IMG/VR virus record: IMGVR_UViG_3300045988_112927
Location: 1 to 56,518 of that record
DNA length: 56,518 nucleotides
Strand: one strand, 5' to 3'
DNA from: a virus
Below the pieces are notes generated by a model that was not told the origin of the DNA, ran no database searches, and saw nothing but the letters and a program-made list of their open reading frames with translations. A program made the translations under genes and the position numbers. Shown in pieces: positions 44,157 through 55,200 of the stretch (positions within the stretch are counted from its first letter, which is position 1; each line of letters starts with the position of its first letter).

Positions 44157-47100
44157 TTATGAAGTGCTAATATCTTCTGTTCTTGAAGGCGGTGAACTTT
44201 CTGCGCTACAAGCTATACAAATACCATTTTTAAAAGTAATTGAAAAACTGGCTGAGCCGAGGCCAAATCCTGGGTCATAAGAAAATGAATATGTACCATC
44301 CTTAACACTGTTGGCAATAGTTTCTGCAAATCCTTTACCTATTTCAGCTCCTATTCGTTCCCCAGTGTCTTTATTATACCAAGCTATACTATGACCTCCA
44401 CCTAATGATAAATTACCATTTCTCATGTAAAGGTCTCCACCTATTTTTAAATTACCATATAACTGAATCCATCCTACGCTATCATCAAAATATCCTTTTA
44501 ATCCAATCCCTTTATTGTTTCCAATTGTTGTATCTCCAGCGATACCCCAACCTAACATAATTCCTAAATCAATACCAATACCAGCACTTCCTACATTTAA
44601 ACCACTTACCCATGGATGTACTGTATCTCCACCCATTTTAAAATAACCAGTATCTTTTATTATTTCTATTCTACCATTTGTAAATAATGTAGTATTTCCT
44701 GTTTTAGAGGTTAATTTATCTGTATTAATTGTCCAACCGCCAATTTCTCCTCCATTTTCACTAAACTTATAATATTTAGTTTCGCCGCCACCTTTACTTT
44801 GAATATATCCTGTTACATCACAATTACCACTAATAGTAACATTTCCGCCAATTTCAACCGTCCCTTTAATTAATGCATTACCTTCTGAATGTAAGTTCCC
44901 AGAAGAATCCACCCAAAATACATTACTAACACTAATACCGCTAGTTCCTAAATATACTCCACCAGATGCTTTAAAAGCTCCAGTATATAATGCTGTATCT
45001 GAAATGGTAAATGGTCCAATTTTACCACCTGAAGTAGCAGTAATATGAGTGAAAGTAGCTTCACCATTTTTCTTTATACACCATGATGTAGTTCCGCTTC
45101 CGCCTTCTAAAGAGTTTCCACCATCACTAGCAGAAAAATTAATTTTGACTCCACCATTAGTAGAATTATATCCAGATGATTGCATATAATAACTTCCATT
45201 AGTAGCATAAAAAATATTAGTAGAACCATCATTTATTTGGAAAAATGGAGAACCTGTGCCACTTAATTTTACAAAAGCGCCAGAACCATTGTCATCATAA
45301 GTGATTAAAGTTCCATTGTTTAAATCAATCTTCATGCCTTTCTTATCACCAAAGTTAGAAGATTGTAAATAAAATCGACTTTCGCCCGCATAAATAATAT
45401 CAATATTTTTTACAGCATCTCTTATTTGGAAGAACGGATGACCATTGCCGCTTATTCTTACATAGTTACCAGTACTATTATTATCATAGGCTTGAAAAAT
45501 ACCTTTTGCAATATCTAATTTTGCACCAACTTTATCTGCGAAATCTTCAGATTGTAAATAATATTTTTCAGAACCAATACGCATAATTTCTTTTGCATTT
45601 TCAGTTTTTATAACTAAATAAGGGTCAAGACTTTGTATTAAAACTTGACTATTAGTAGTAGTATACTTGAATCTTTTAGTATCAGTATTTTCACCTACTT
45701 TTTTAGCACCTCTAATATCAATAATACCATCATCAAGGTCAATCATCATACCAGTTTGACCTATGCTATATGACATTGATTTTATAATACCAGAATTACC
45801 ATCAAATTCAATACGCCCCTTACCAGCTTTACCGAAGAAAGCAGTACCATCGTCTAAGAGTCCAAATGATTGTTGTCCATGATGATAACCATATACACCT
45901 GTATGGCTAATCTTATCCATACCTGCGCCAGTCTCTACATCACCCATTAAGACGCCGGTAAATGAATTATCATCCTCTTTTTTACCAGCTCCAATCATTG
46001 TTGCTAATATTGTACCATTTTTTTCATCAATTGTCAAGCTTCCGTCCCATGCGTTTAGCATTGCGCTCGGCCATCGATTCTGTAAAATTACTAATGGTTG
46101 AATCCAATATCCAGATTCTGTTTTACAAATTAAAGTAACTTTTTTACTTAAACCATTTAGATACATTCCAACAGGTCTAAGAATAAATGAACCATTATTT
46201 TGTCTTACAGTTGGATAATAAGGAGAATTATTTTCTTCATCATCATAAATAACTTTACATTCAGTTATTGTAAACTCTTCTCCTCCAGTAGTAAGAATTC
46301 TAAATGGGTCTTTATAGTAAATAGGATTACTACCTGAACTGTCATAAATAACTTGAGTAGGAACCTCTGCCCAAGCCAGTGCCACATTAGTAACAAATGG
46401 AATGGAATAATAAGAAGATAATGTAACAGTTCTTTGTTCAACTTTTTCTTCTAAATGTGTTGGATTACCTTCTTCATCTACAGTAGTAAAATCTAAACCA
46501 TCTCCTACTTGCTTTCCGATTTCAGCATTGCCGCAATTAATCTCTGCTTCAACAATATTGTGACAAAAATTAACATAATCATCGTCTACATTACCACTAA
46601 TTGCTCTTGCATAAACTGGTACAGCATAAATAGTCAACTCTTTTTCTTGGTCTACTGGATTACCATCTATATCAATATCACTTGTTCTAACGGTTTCTTT
46701 ATAACTTAAAGTAGTATTTACACTAACTGTTAAAGCCTCTAATGTACCAGAAGCCCATCTCTTCCAAGTGATATTATCAATTTGAATTTCTTGATTATTA
46801 TAATCAAATAAACGAGCTTCAACCATTGCATTTTGCATACCAGGAGTAACTGCAGAAAGTAAATTACCAGGAACAATAGTTCCATCAACATTCTTATACT
46901 CTCTTAATTGGAGTAATAAAGTTGTATCCGTACCATTGGTTCCATGAGGACCAAAAGCCATATCAGCATGCGCGCAATATGTTAAATTATTCTTGAATAC
47001 ATCACAATAAACAGTGTTATTAGTAGAACTTTGTTGGTAATACTTTTTAATCTTGTAAGTTTGTTTTACAGAGATTTGTTGAGATGTAGCATCTGCGCTC

Positions 47101-49106
47101 TGGTCATTATCATACTTACCATAATCTTCAGTTCCTTTTCTGATTAAATAATAATAACCATTAAAAGGAATTAAATCTCCATTACTATTAACAAGTCTAA
47201 CTACCTGTCCGTCCAATACTGTTTCTGTTTCAATGTAATCAAGTTCTGTGTATTTCTTTTGCTCATCTTCAGAAAGACCATTAACATAATCTCTTGTTAC
47301 ATAATCCGTTCCTAAGACCGGCGCCGCAATCATTGTAGATTCGCTAGGAATCTTCCAACAGATAGTAGAAGCTTTATCTAAGTCAGGTTCGCCAGTCACT
47401 AATGAACTATAAACTGCTTCTAAAATTCTTGTCTTATAAGCCTCTCTTGTATTTAATAATTCATTAGTCATTCCGTAAATACAATAATTACCTTTTAATC
47501 CAACTTCATCCACAATAATTTGTAAACCTTGAACTAAATCTAAAGTAGCTTGATTTGGAACAAGAGTTTCATTTTGCAAAGTTAAAGTTTCACTATAATA
47601 ATAAGTTTTCTTTGCCTTATAATCACTCCAAATTTGAATAACTGTGTTCTTGAATCCCTCTAAACTAGCCTCAATAACTTTCTTTAATTGTTCTTGAGAA
47701 GCTAATTGAGATTGATAATATTTTTGTTGGTCTTGCGGCAAAGCCTTTAATCTTGCAATTTCAGATTCAGCATTTCTTAAATCTTCATGTAATTTGCCCT
47801 CTTGAGTACAATTACCACTTTCGTCATATGTACCATATTGTTCTGCGTCACCTGCTTTTGCGATTGCGGAAGCCACTTCACTTTCAACCCATTTATCATT
47901 AGGACATTCAATAATTACTTTATATTTTTCATATTGTAAAGTAATATCTGGGTCAATAGTTAATTCTAAACTATTTAACGCTTCTGAGACTTCTTCCCAA
48001 AAATGTCCAGCGATATCGTCACATACACCTTCCTGTTGTTTGTAATGATACCAATGAATTGTTGCTTCATCTGGGTTAAAATCGTCTTCTACTTCAACTA
48101 AATGAGTTTCTTTATCATCAATAAAATGAACCCATCTTACTTGAAGTTTTTTGGTGTTTAAATTTTTATATACACCATCAACTTTTACTTTTTGAGTAGA
48201 AACATCATAAGTTTCTCCATCTAAAGTATAAAGGAATACAGTATCTTCACAGAATTGATTTGCATCAAATCCGAAAGATAAATATAAATCCTTCATAAAT
48301 ATATTATTTGGTAGCAGCACTCCTTCGTCCTCTGTTGCTATCTTATTTTTCGTAATATCATAGAAATTATTAGATTGATAAAATACAACTCTAATAGTTT
48401 CAATTTCAGTAATCATACTGATATCAAAAACAATTTCTTGAGAATAATATGTCTCAAAATTATAAATATCTCCATAAAATTCAGAGCTATCTAAATAATA
48501 TGAATAATGTTTATTGGTAGTCCCACTACTATTACTCTTTGTAGTTTCTCTACTTGTAATATCAATACGAAGACCGTAAGAACCAGTAACTGGTTCAAGA
48601 TAAGATAACCATGTTCTGAATTTTGCACTTAGACCCATTCTAGTGTATTCTTTTGCAATAGGTCTATCTTCATGCTCACTTCTTTGCCATTGCCAAATAA
48701 CATCTTCATTTACTGGACCATTAGCTAAAAGACTATGCTCTTCAGTATGTTTATCTTCATTGGTATTGCTAATATAATTCTTTGTAATATCTAAATAACT
48801 ATTAAAGGGCTCTACATAGGTGTAATATTCGCCATTCTCTTCAACATAACGACCAGTTATAATCTTACGATTAGAATAGTCGCCTTCTGGTATAGTTACA
48901 TAGACAGACATGCCATTCTTATATGTTGTAACATCAGAATAAGCGATAAATACTGATGAACTATCTGTAACTTTATATTCGCCACGTTCTTTATTAGTAT
49001 CATCAATAATTTCGCATAAAAGCGTCTTGTCATATTTTAATTGCCCCAATTTCTGCGCAGTTAAAATATCAATCGCTTGAAATAAATTATCTGATATATT
49101 TCCCAT
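44157..49106 (-). CDS. giant tail protein (1649 aa) immediately downstream of the tape-measure gene
   Basis: The C-terminal half contains ~45-aa Gly-rich repeats (G.YVRISGNGHPFFQIRD / GAFVKLSGTGSPFFQIND ...). A GGAGGG RBS is present. Its position after the TMP suggests a distal tail or baseplate component. Confidence 0.5.
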   Translation of the reverse strand: MGNISDNLFQAIDILTAQKLGQLKYDKTLLCEIIDDTNKERGEYKVTDSSSVFIAYSDVTTYKNGMSVYVTIPEGDYSNRKIITGRYVEENGEYYTYVEPFNSYLDITKNYISNTNEDKHTEEHSLLANGPVNEDVIWQWQRSEHEDRPIAKEYTRMGLSAKFRTWLSYLEPVTGSYGLRIDITSRETTKSNSSGTTNKHYSYYLDSSEFYGDIYNFETYYSQEIVFDISMITEIETIRVVFYQSNNFYDITKNKIATEDEGVLLPNNIFMKDLYLSFGFDANQFCEDTVFLYTLDGETYDVSTQKVKVDGVYKNLNTKKLQVRWVHFIDDKETHLVEVEDDFNPDEATIHWYHYKQQEGVCDDIAGHFWEEVSEALNSLELTIDPDITLQYEKYKVIIECPNDKWVESEVASAIAKAGDAEQYGTYDESGNCTQEGKLHEDLRNAESEIARLKALPQDQQKYYQSQLASQEQLKKVIEASLEGFKNTVIQIWSDYKAKKTYYYSETLTLQNETLVPNQATLDLVQGLQIIVDEVGLKGNYCIYGMTNELLNTREAYKTRILEAVYSSLVTGEPDLDKASTICWKIPSESTMIAAPVLGTDYVTRDYVNGLSEDEQKKYTELDYIETETVLDGQVVRLVNSNGDLIPFNGYYYLIRKGTEDYGKYDNDQSADATSQQISVKQTYKIKKYYQQSSTNNTVYCDVFKNNLTYCAHADMAFGPHGTNGTDTTLLLQLREYKNVDGTIVPGNLLSAVTPGMQNAMVEARLFDYNNQEIQIDNITWKRWASGTLEALTVSVNTTLSYKETVRTSDIDIDGNPVDQEKELTIYAVPVYARAISGNVDDDYVNFCHNIVEAEINCGNAEIGKQVGDGLDFTTVDEEGNPTHLEEKVEQRTVTLSSYYSIPFVTNVALAWAEVPTQVIYDSSGSNPIYYKDPFRILTTGGEEFTITECKVIYDDEENNSPYYPTVRQNNGSFILRPVGMYLNGLSKKVTLICKTESGYWIQPLVILQNRWPSAMLNAWDGSLTIDEKNGTILATMIGAGKKEDDNSFTGVLMGDVETGAGMDKISHTGVYGYHHGQQSFGLLDDGTAFFGKAGKGRIEFDGNSGIIKSMSYSIGQTGMMIDLDDGIIDIRGAKKVGENTDTKRFKYTTTNSQVLIQSLDPYLVIKTENAKEIMRIGSEKYYLQSEDFADKVGAKLDIAKGIFQAYDNNSTGNYVRISGNGHPFFQIRDAVKNIDIIYAGESRFYLQSSNFGDKKGMKIDLNNGTLITYDDNGSGAFVKLSGTGSPFFQINDGSTNIFYATNGSYYMQSSGYNSTNGGVKINFSASDGGNSLEGGSGTTSWCIKKNGEATFTHITATSGGKIGPFTISDTALYTGAFKASGGVYLGTSGISVSNVFWVDSSGNLHSEGNALIKGTVEIGGNVTISGNCDVTGYIQSKGGGETKYYKFSENGGEIGGWTINTDKLTSKTGNTTLFTNGRIEIIKDTGYFKMGGDTVHPWVSGLNVGSAGIGIDLGIMLGWGIAGDTTIGNNKGIGLKGYFDDSVGWIQLYGNLKIGGDLYMRNGNLSLGGGHSIAWYNKDTGERIGAEIGKGFAETIANSVKDGTYSFSYDPGFGLGSASFSITFKNGICIACSAESSPPSRTEDISTS

Positions 49107-49182
49107 ATTAAAGGCCCTCCTTTCTCTCCACTCTAAATATTTTTAAAATTATGTTTAGTATATTTATCTTAATTGACCAAAT

Positions 49183-49215
49183 AGAAAAAGGGGATAGACA
49201 AAATTGTCTATCCCC
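49183..49215 (-). terminator. rho-independent terminator (minus strand) directly after the tape-measure gene
   Basis: GGGGATAGACA (49190-49200) pairs with TGTCTATCCCC (49205-49215), with a 4-nt loop. The A5 run at 49185-49189 gives a U-tract on the minus strand. Confidence 0.6.
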
Positions 49216-49221
49216 ATATAT

Positions 49222-52200
49222 TTATTTTCTATGAGCGTATTGAGATGCCGCATTGACAAGATTATTAAATGCTTCTTCAATTTCATTATGATTTTGAACA
49301 TTAGGGAACTCAGCATGGATTGTTACTTCTTGCTGAAGAACCTCATCATGGTCTTTAATAGTGCTTACACTAAGTAAGCTATTTAATCCATGACTTGCTG
49401 TTAAAGCATTCAAATCAATGGCATTACTAATATCTCTAATCATTTCAACTGCACTTAATAGATTTTCAGTATCACGAGCATTTAAAACAATTTCTTTCTG
49501 ATGAAGCATAGCAAGTCTTCCTTCTACACCCCAAGAGCCAGTATAACCTCCGGTATCAAATGAACTAACCCATCCATATCTTGACCATCCTGGCTTCTTA
49601 GCAATACCATATGGATATTTAGAACCAGGAGCGCTATCTACAAGATAGAAAGTTCCATTTGTTGCGGCAGGTGGATGAGATTTATCTCCTGCGCCATTTG
49701 CGTCCCAGTGTGCCGGTTCGCTAATGAATTTTCCTCCATTATTTCCGTCTCCCGAACCTGAACCACTTCCAGAACCACTACCTGAGCCTGAACCACTTCC
49801 AGAACCACTACCTGAGCCTGAGCCGCTTCCAGAACCAGAGCCAGACCCACTGCCTGAACCAGAGCCAGAGCTTCCAGTTCCTTCAACTTCAGATTGTTTT
49901 GCAAGCAATTCATTGAATGATTCTATTAAAGCTTCATTTTTAGCAATCATTTTATCAATAGCAGAAGAATAATTCTCTTCCCAATTTGCAACAGAATCAA
50001 TGATTTCATCCATGGTATCAACCATTGTCTCGCCCATCTGCTCGGCTGCGTCGGCCGCATTCTGAGACTCTTCTTCAACGGTAGCTACAGTCTGTTCAAC
50101 TTGCTGTCCAAATTTATCTGTTGATGTACCAGCTTCATTCATAGCTCTCTCAGTATTGATTTGCCATGTTTGATAAGCTAAGTCTAAATCACCTAATAAA
50201 GTACCCTTTTGAGTTGGATTACCAATTGCATCATTCAATGCTCTTTGATAATCTTCCATAGAGGTAAATCCAGTTAATGAAGCTAATGCAGTATCATTGA
50301 ATGAAATACCTAAATCTTCTAATGCATGATTTAACTGCTCTGAATGATAATCAAATTTTTCTTGATAGTAAGCTGTAATTCTTTCTACTTCTGCGTACCA
50401 TTCATCTGTACCATATGTAGCTTGGATATTCTGAATTTCATCAGCCATAGCTTGAACTGTTGAGATAAGACTCTCTTGCATCTCTTTAGAATGCTGGTCA
50501 GCTAATTCTTGAATTTCATATGATTTATTTTCATATGCTTGAATTGCTGTACTAATCTTATCTTCATCAGCAGTATATACATAACCCCAATTACCTTCAT
50601 TATCACGAGCCATGCGCACTTGAGATTTTATATTCTTAGCTTCTTCTAACGCTAATTCAGCTTGCTTTAATTCGTACTTTTTCTGCAACTGTTGTAAATC
50701 ATATTCACTTAATTCAACACCAGTTTCTTCTATATCTTGAATCTCTTCTAATAGTTCTTTATAATCCTGTTTTGCTTTAATATTATCAGTATCATCAATG
50801 GATTTTGTAATATCACGAGCCAACTTGGCTAATTCATAAGACTGCTTGTAATCAGCTAAGTATCTTTCACTTTCTTCTTTTTGCTTATCAAACTGGTCTT
50901 GAAGTTTTGTGATACTACCTGCCTCGCCAGCCATCTTGTCTGTAAAGTTCTCTACAACTGAGGTTATAGTCTTCTCAAAGGCATCGGCCGCAGACTGTAA
51001 AGCATCTTCCCAGCTACTCATGAACTCTTCTTCGGCTTCTGAAATCTGCTCATCCATTTCATCAAGGGTATCTTGCCAATATTCAGCTAAATCTGTTAAA
51101 CCTTGTGCTTGTGCTTTATCAAGTTCTTCTTGCGCTTTTGCACGAGAATCTTTCATTGCATCAAATTTAGATTTACTTGCAGATAACTTATTAATTGCTG
51201 TATCTACAGTTGACTGATTTAAAGCACCCATCAATTCATCTGTAATACCAAGATAGTCTTGACCAACAATATCAATAATATTCTGATAGCTTTGAGTAAC
51301 AGATTGTAAATGCTCAATCTTAGAAGTTTGTTTGTCAAACTCAGAAGATAATTCTTCAAAAGCGGATAAAACTTTTGCTCTTACAGTTTCACGTAACTCT
51401 ATAAGAGTTTTATTCTCTTCTAATAAAGCGCTTCTATAATCTCTCATAGCAGCAATTTCATCTTCTGTGAAACTCATTTGAGAGATTTTCTCAATAGTAG
51501 CTTCATCGCCAGATAAGAACTTATCTATATCACTTTCAGATAAACCATGATTTTCAAAGATTCCTTTTAAACCATCCTGATAAGCTTTAATCTTTTTCAT
51601 TGATTGGTCTACTGATTGCCCCAATAGAGCAATAGATTCAGCTGCATCATATGCACTATCATCCATCTTATCTAAAAGATAATTGATATATTCTAATGAA
51701 TCTTCTGCAACATTAACTTTTAATTCAACAACATATTGAACCTTTTCTAATGCTAAGTCATATAACTGATTTTGCATATCAATTAAAGTCTGCTGAGATT
51801 CTTCAAATAAATCAACAGTATCTTCATATTGAGAAATTTCATCTTTGAAATCAGAGTATCTTTCTTGCGCCTTTTCCCAAGCCTCATCAGCCGCTTCAAT
51901 AGCATTATCATAAGCAGTGTCAGCCGCTTCATCTTTTCCACTACTATTATAAGCATTAACTGCTGCATTCTTCGCATTTATATAAGCGTCATATGCCGCA
52001 TTATATTCAGCAACCTTTGCTGAAACCATCTCATCATAGTTAGTGATATTTCCGTTCTCATTAATTTGCGCACCATACTTACTTAAAGCCGCAGAATCTT
52101 TTTTAAGATTAGCTTCAATTTCAGATAAATATTGTTTTTGAAGGGCAATTTGCTTTTCTAAAGCTTTTGCCTCTTGGTTCATTAACTTAAGTTTGTCTTT

Positions 52201-55200
52201 ACCAAATGCTCTATCTTTAGCTTTACTTATTTTATCTAATTCTCTAGTAATAGATTCTAATTCATTTTTTATCTCATGGTATCTTTCTGTTTCATCATTA
52301 ATATCTTTTTTATCTTTTTCTTCAGCTTTAAAAGATTTTTTATCTTGTTTTTTAGAACCTCCACCGCCGGACTTTTTAGCTGTTGATGATTTTGGTGCTG
52401 TTGTTTTTACTCCTATGCCACCACCATAAGAACCATTTGGTGTGATAGTTTTTAAAGCGACTCCTCCAACTTTATTATGAGTAACAATATCAACAGTTTC
52501 AGGGTCTCCAATTACTGGCATACCATTATCATCTAATTTTACATTTGGATATTGATATGTACTTTCTTTATCAACTGTAGCTTCTTCTAATTCTACATCA
52601 TACCCCATAGATTTAAAATAAGCTTGAGCTTGTTCTGCAGTCATACCAGCTGCATCAATCATTTGTTGGCAAGAATTAAAGAAACCAGTTTTATCATTTT
52701 CATCAATAGCAACGCCTACAGTAAATTGCTTATCATCCATGTTAGATATATATTCATTTAAAGAAGCTATATCTGCATCTAATTGAGAAAAATCTGTTGC
52801 ACCGGTTATATTTAAAAGAATTTCTTGCCCAGCGATATCTCTTAATTCATCAACTGCGCCTTCGACTCCATTAGTAACATCATTGATTAAATCCCAATGT
52901 TTTTGAGCAAAATCGGTAGGTAATAAAGAAAAATCTTCTGTATCTAAATTAAGTATATCTTGCACTGCTGAATTAACTTCTGGTAGAATAGAAGAAACAT
53001 CTTCAAGAGAAGCATCTGAATCAGACATAATATCATTATAATCATCCCATTTATCACATAATGATTTTACACCTTTTTCCATACGCTTATTAGCTAAAGC
53101 AACTTCATTAAGACCATCTACATTGTCTTTATAACATTCATTTGTTTCAAGTAATAATTTTCTATAAGTCTCAAATTCATCTACATCAATACCAAAATCT
53201 TCAGCTTTTTTACTATATTCAGCGTTTACACCATCAAAATAATCTGATATATCCCAATCATTTAAACCTTCTTTAAAAGACGCCCCAAATGCTTCAGCAC
53301 TTTCAAATCCAAGGTCAACTAAATTTTGCTCGGTTAAACCAAACATAGCAGCTATATCTTCTCCAGACATAGCATTCATTGCATTTACTTCTGATTCGCT
53401 TAATTTACTATATAAAGAACTAAAATCAAATTCTCCGCCTTTAGCTATACCAGTAATAAAACTTTGGCTCCAATCAGCGCCATATTGTTCACCATTTTCA
53501 ATAATTGAACCAAATATTTTTTCTGCATCAGCTTCTGATAACTGGGATTCTGCCATTTGGTCTGCCATCTGCTGAATAGCATAATCAGCAATTTTTTGAG
53601 CCCATAAAGTCTGAGCTTGCTCATTATCTACGTCTAAATTAAATGGTTTTCTGCTCGCATCAGTTCCGCTTAATTTAGTATAACCATTTTTATCTTTAAC
53701 AGAAGTTATATTATATCCAAGAGATTCATAATATGCTCTTAACATTTCTTGAGCATTTATATTTCCATCATATGCTTGAGTAGTACCTTCAAAAATATCT
53801 TGATAATTATTTTTTAACCAATCTTCATTAAACTTCCCGCCACTAATATTAGAAATATAATCTTTAATATTATTTTCTGTTACATTACCAGCATCCCATG
53901 TAGAAACATTCTTATATACATCATTAGAAGCTTTTAACTCTTGTTCTTTTATCCAATCTTGGATATTCTCTCCATTATCATCAGATACTACAGCGGATAT
54001 GGCACTTGTTATTTGATTAGCTAATTGCTCATTAACTTTACCATCTTCATCGGTGGCTAACTGTGATGCTACAGTTCCATATTTTGCATCTGCGACAGCA
54101 TTCAAGATTTGTTTAGCATAATAATCACTTGCGTTAGCAGCTTCTTTAACACTATCACAAAAACCATATAAAGAAGGAAGAGTTTCATCATTTAAGAATG
54201 TTCCTAAATTATCTACTATAGTTTGAGATAATCCATAAGAATCATCACTATCTTGAATAGCTTGTCTCAAATGTTCAGTATCTAATTGCATGCCATCACT
54301 TTCTTCTGTAATTCTTGCAATTACATTAGATAATTCTTCAACTTGCTTTCCAGTTGATTGAACTGCTACAGCGCCGTCATAAGTTTGGACAACATAAGAA
54401 CCAATAGTATTTTTAGCAACATTATCTGCATTAACTCGTAACTGAGCTTGGTCCTTATGCATTTGAGCCCCGTAGTATGACATTTGAGTAGAAGCTTCTC
54501 TTCTTGACAATTCTCCTTGAATACGCTGTAATGCATCATCATTTATAATTATTTCACCATTGTCACCTAATTTATATTCTCCAAATAATTTATATGTTTC
54601 AATTAATTCTCTTGCTTTTTTATTAGCTTCTTCTACAGCATTGGTCATTTCTTCAGTGCCAGATTCTAATTCTTCTAACCCCTTAAGACCATCTTTATAA
54701 TCTTCTAAAGATTGTTTGAAAGATTCAACAGCAGTTGTCGCATCATTATAAGCATTTTGGGTAGATTCTAAAGTAGCATTAGCTCTTTCCAACTGCTCCT
54801 CATTAGTTACAATGGAATTACTTACAAGAGCAAATAATCCAACTAATGCTCCAATAGCAGCAATAACTAAACCAATAGGCCAAAGTACTGTGTATAAAGC
54901 TGCGCCGAATCCAATAGTCGCTCCAGTGGCTGCATTAGTCATTACACCTTCTTCAGTTACCGCAATAGTAACTCCTTTAAAACCTAATGCTGCCGCTATT
55001 GATGAAGTTACAGAAGACATTTGAGCAAGATTATTTTTACTAAATGCAGTTGTAACCATAGGAATTACCATTCCTAAAGTAGTCATTACTGCAACCACTT
55101 TTTCAAAACCAGACACATCTGGATTTGATAATGTATCAAATAATCCTACTACAGAACTAATCGCCATTCCCATTGTAGATAGAGTTTGAGCACAAGCTAC

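Noticed and set aside
49750-49881. CRISPR-like regular repeat
   Set aside because: The period is 6/30 nt with no spacers, and it lies entirely inside a coding sequence. It is a simple coding tandem repeat.
49724-49972. + strand ORF translating to a PEPEPLPEP proline/glutamate repeat
   Set aside because: It is the antisense reading of the (GS)n hexanucleotide repeat inside the tape-measure gene, so it is a frame artefact.
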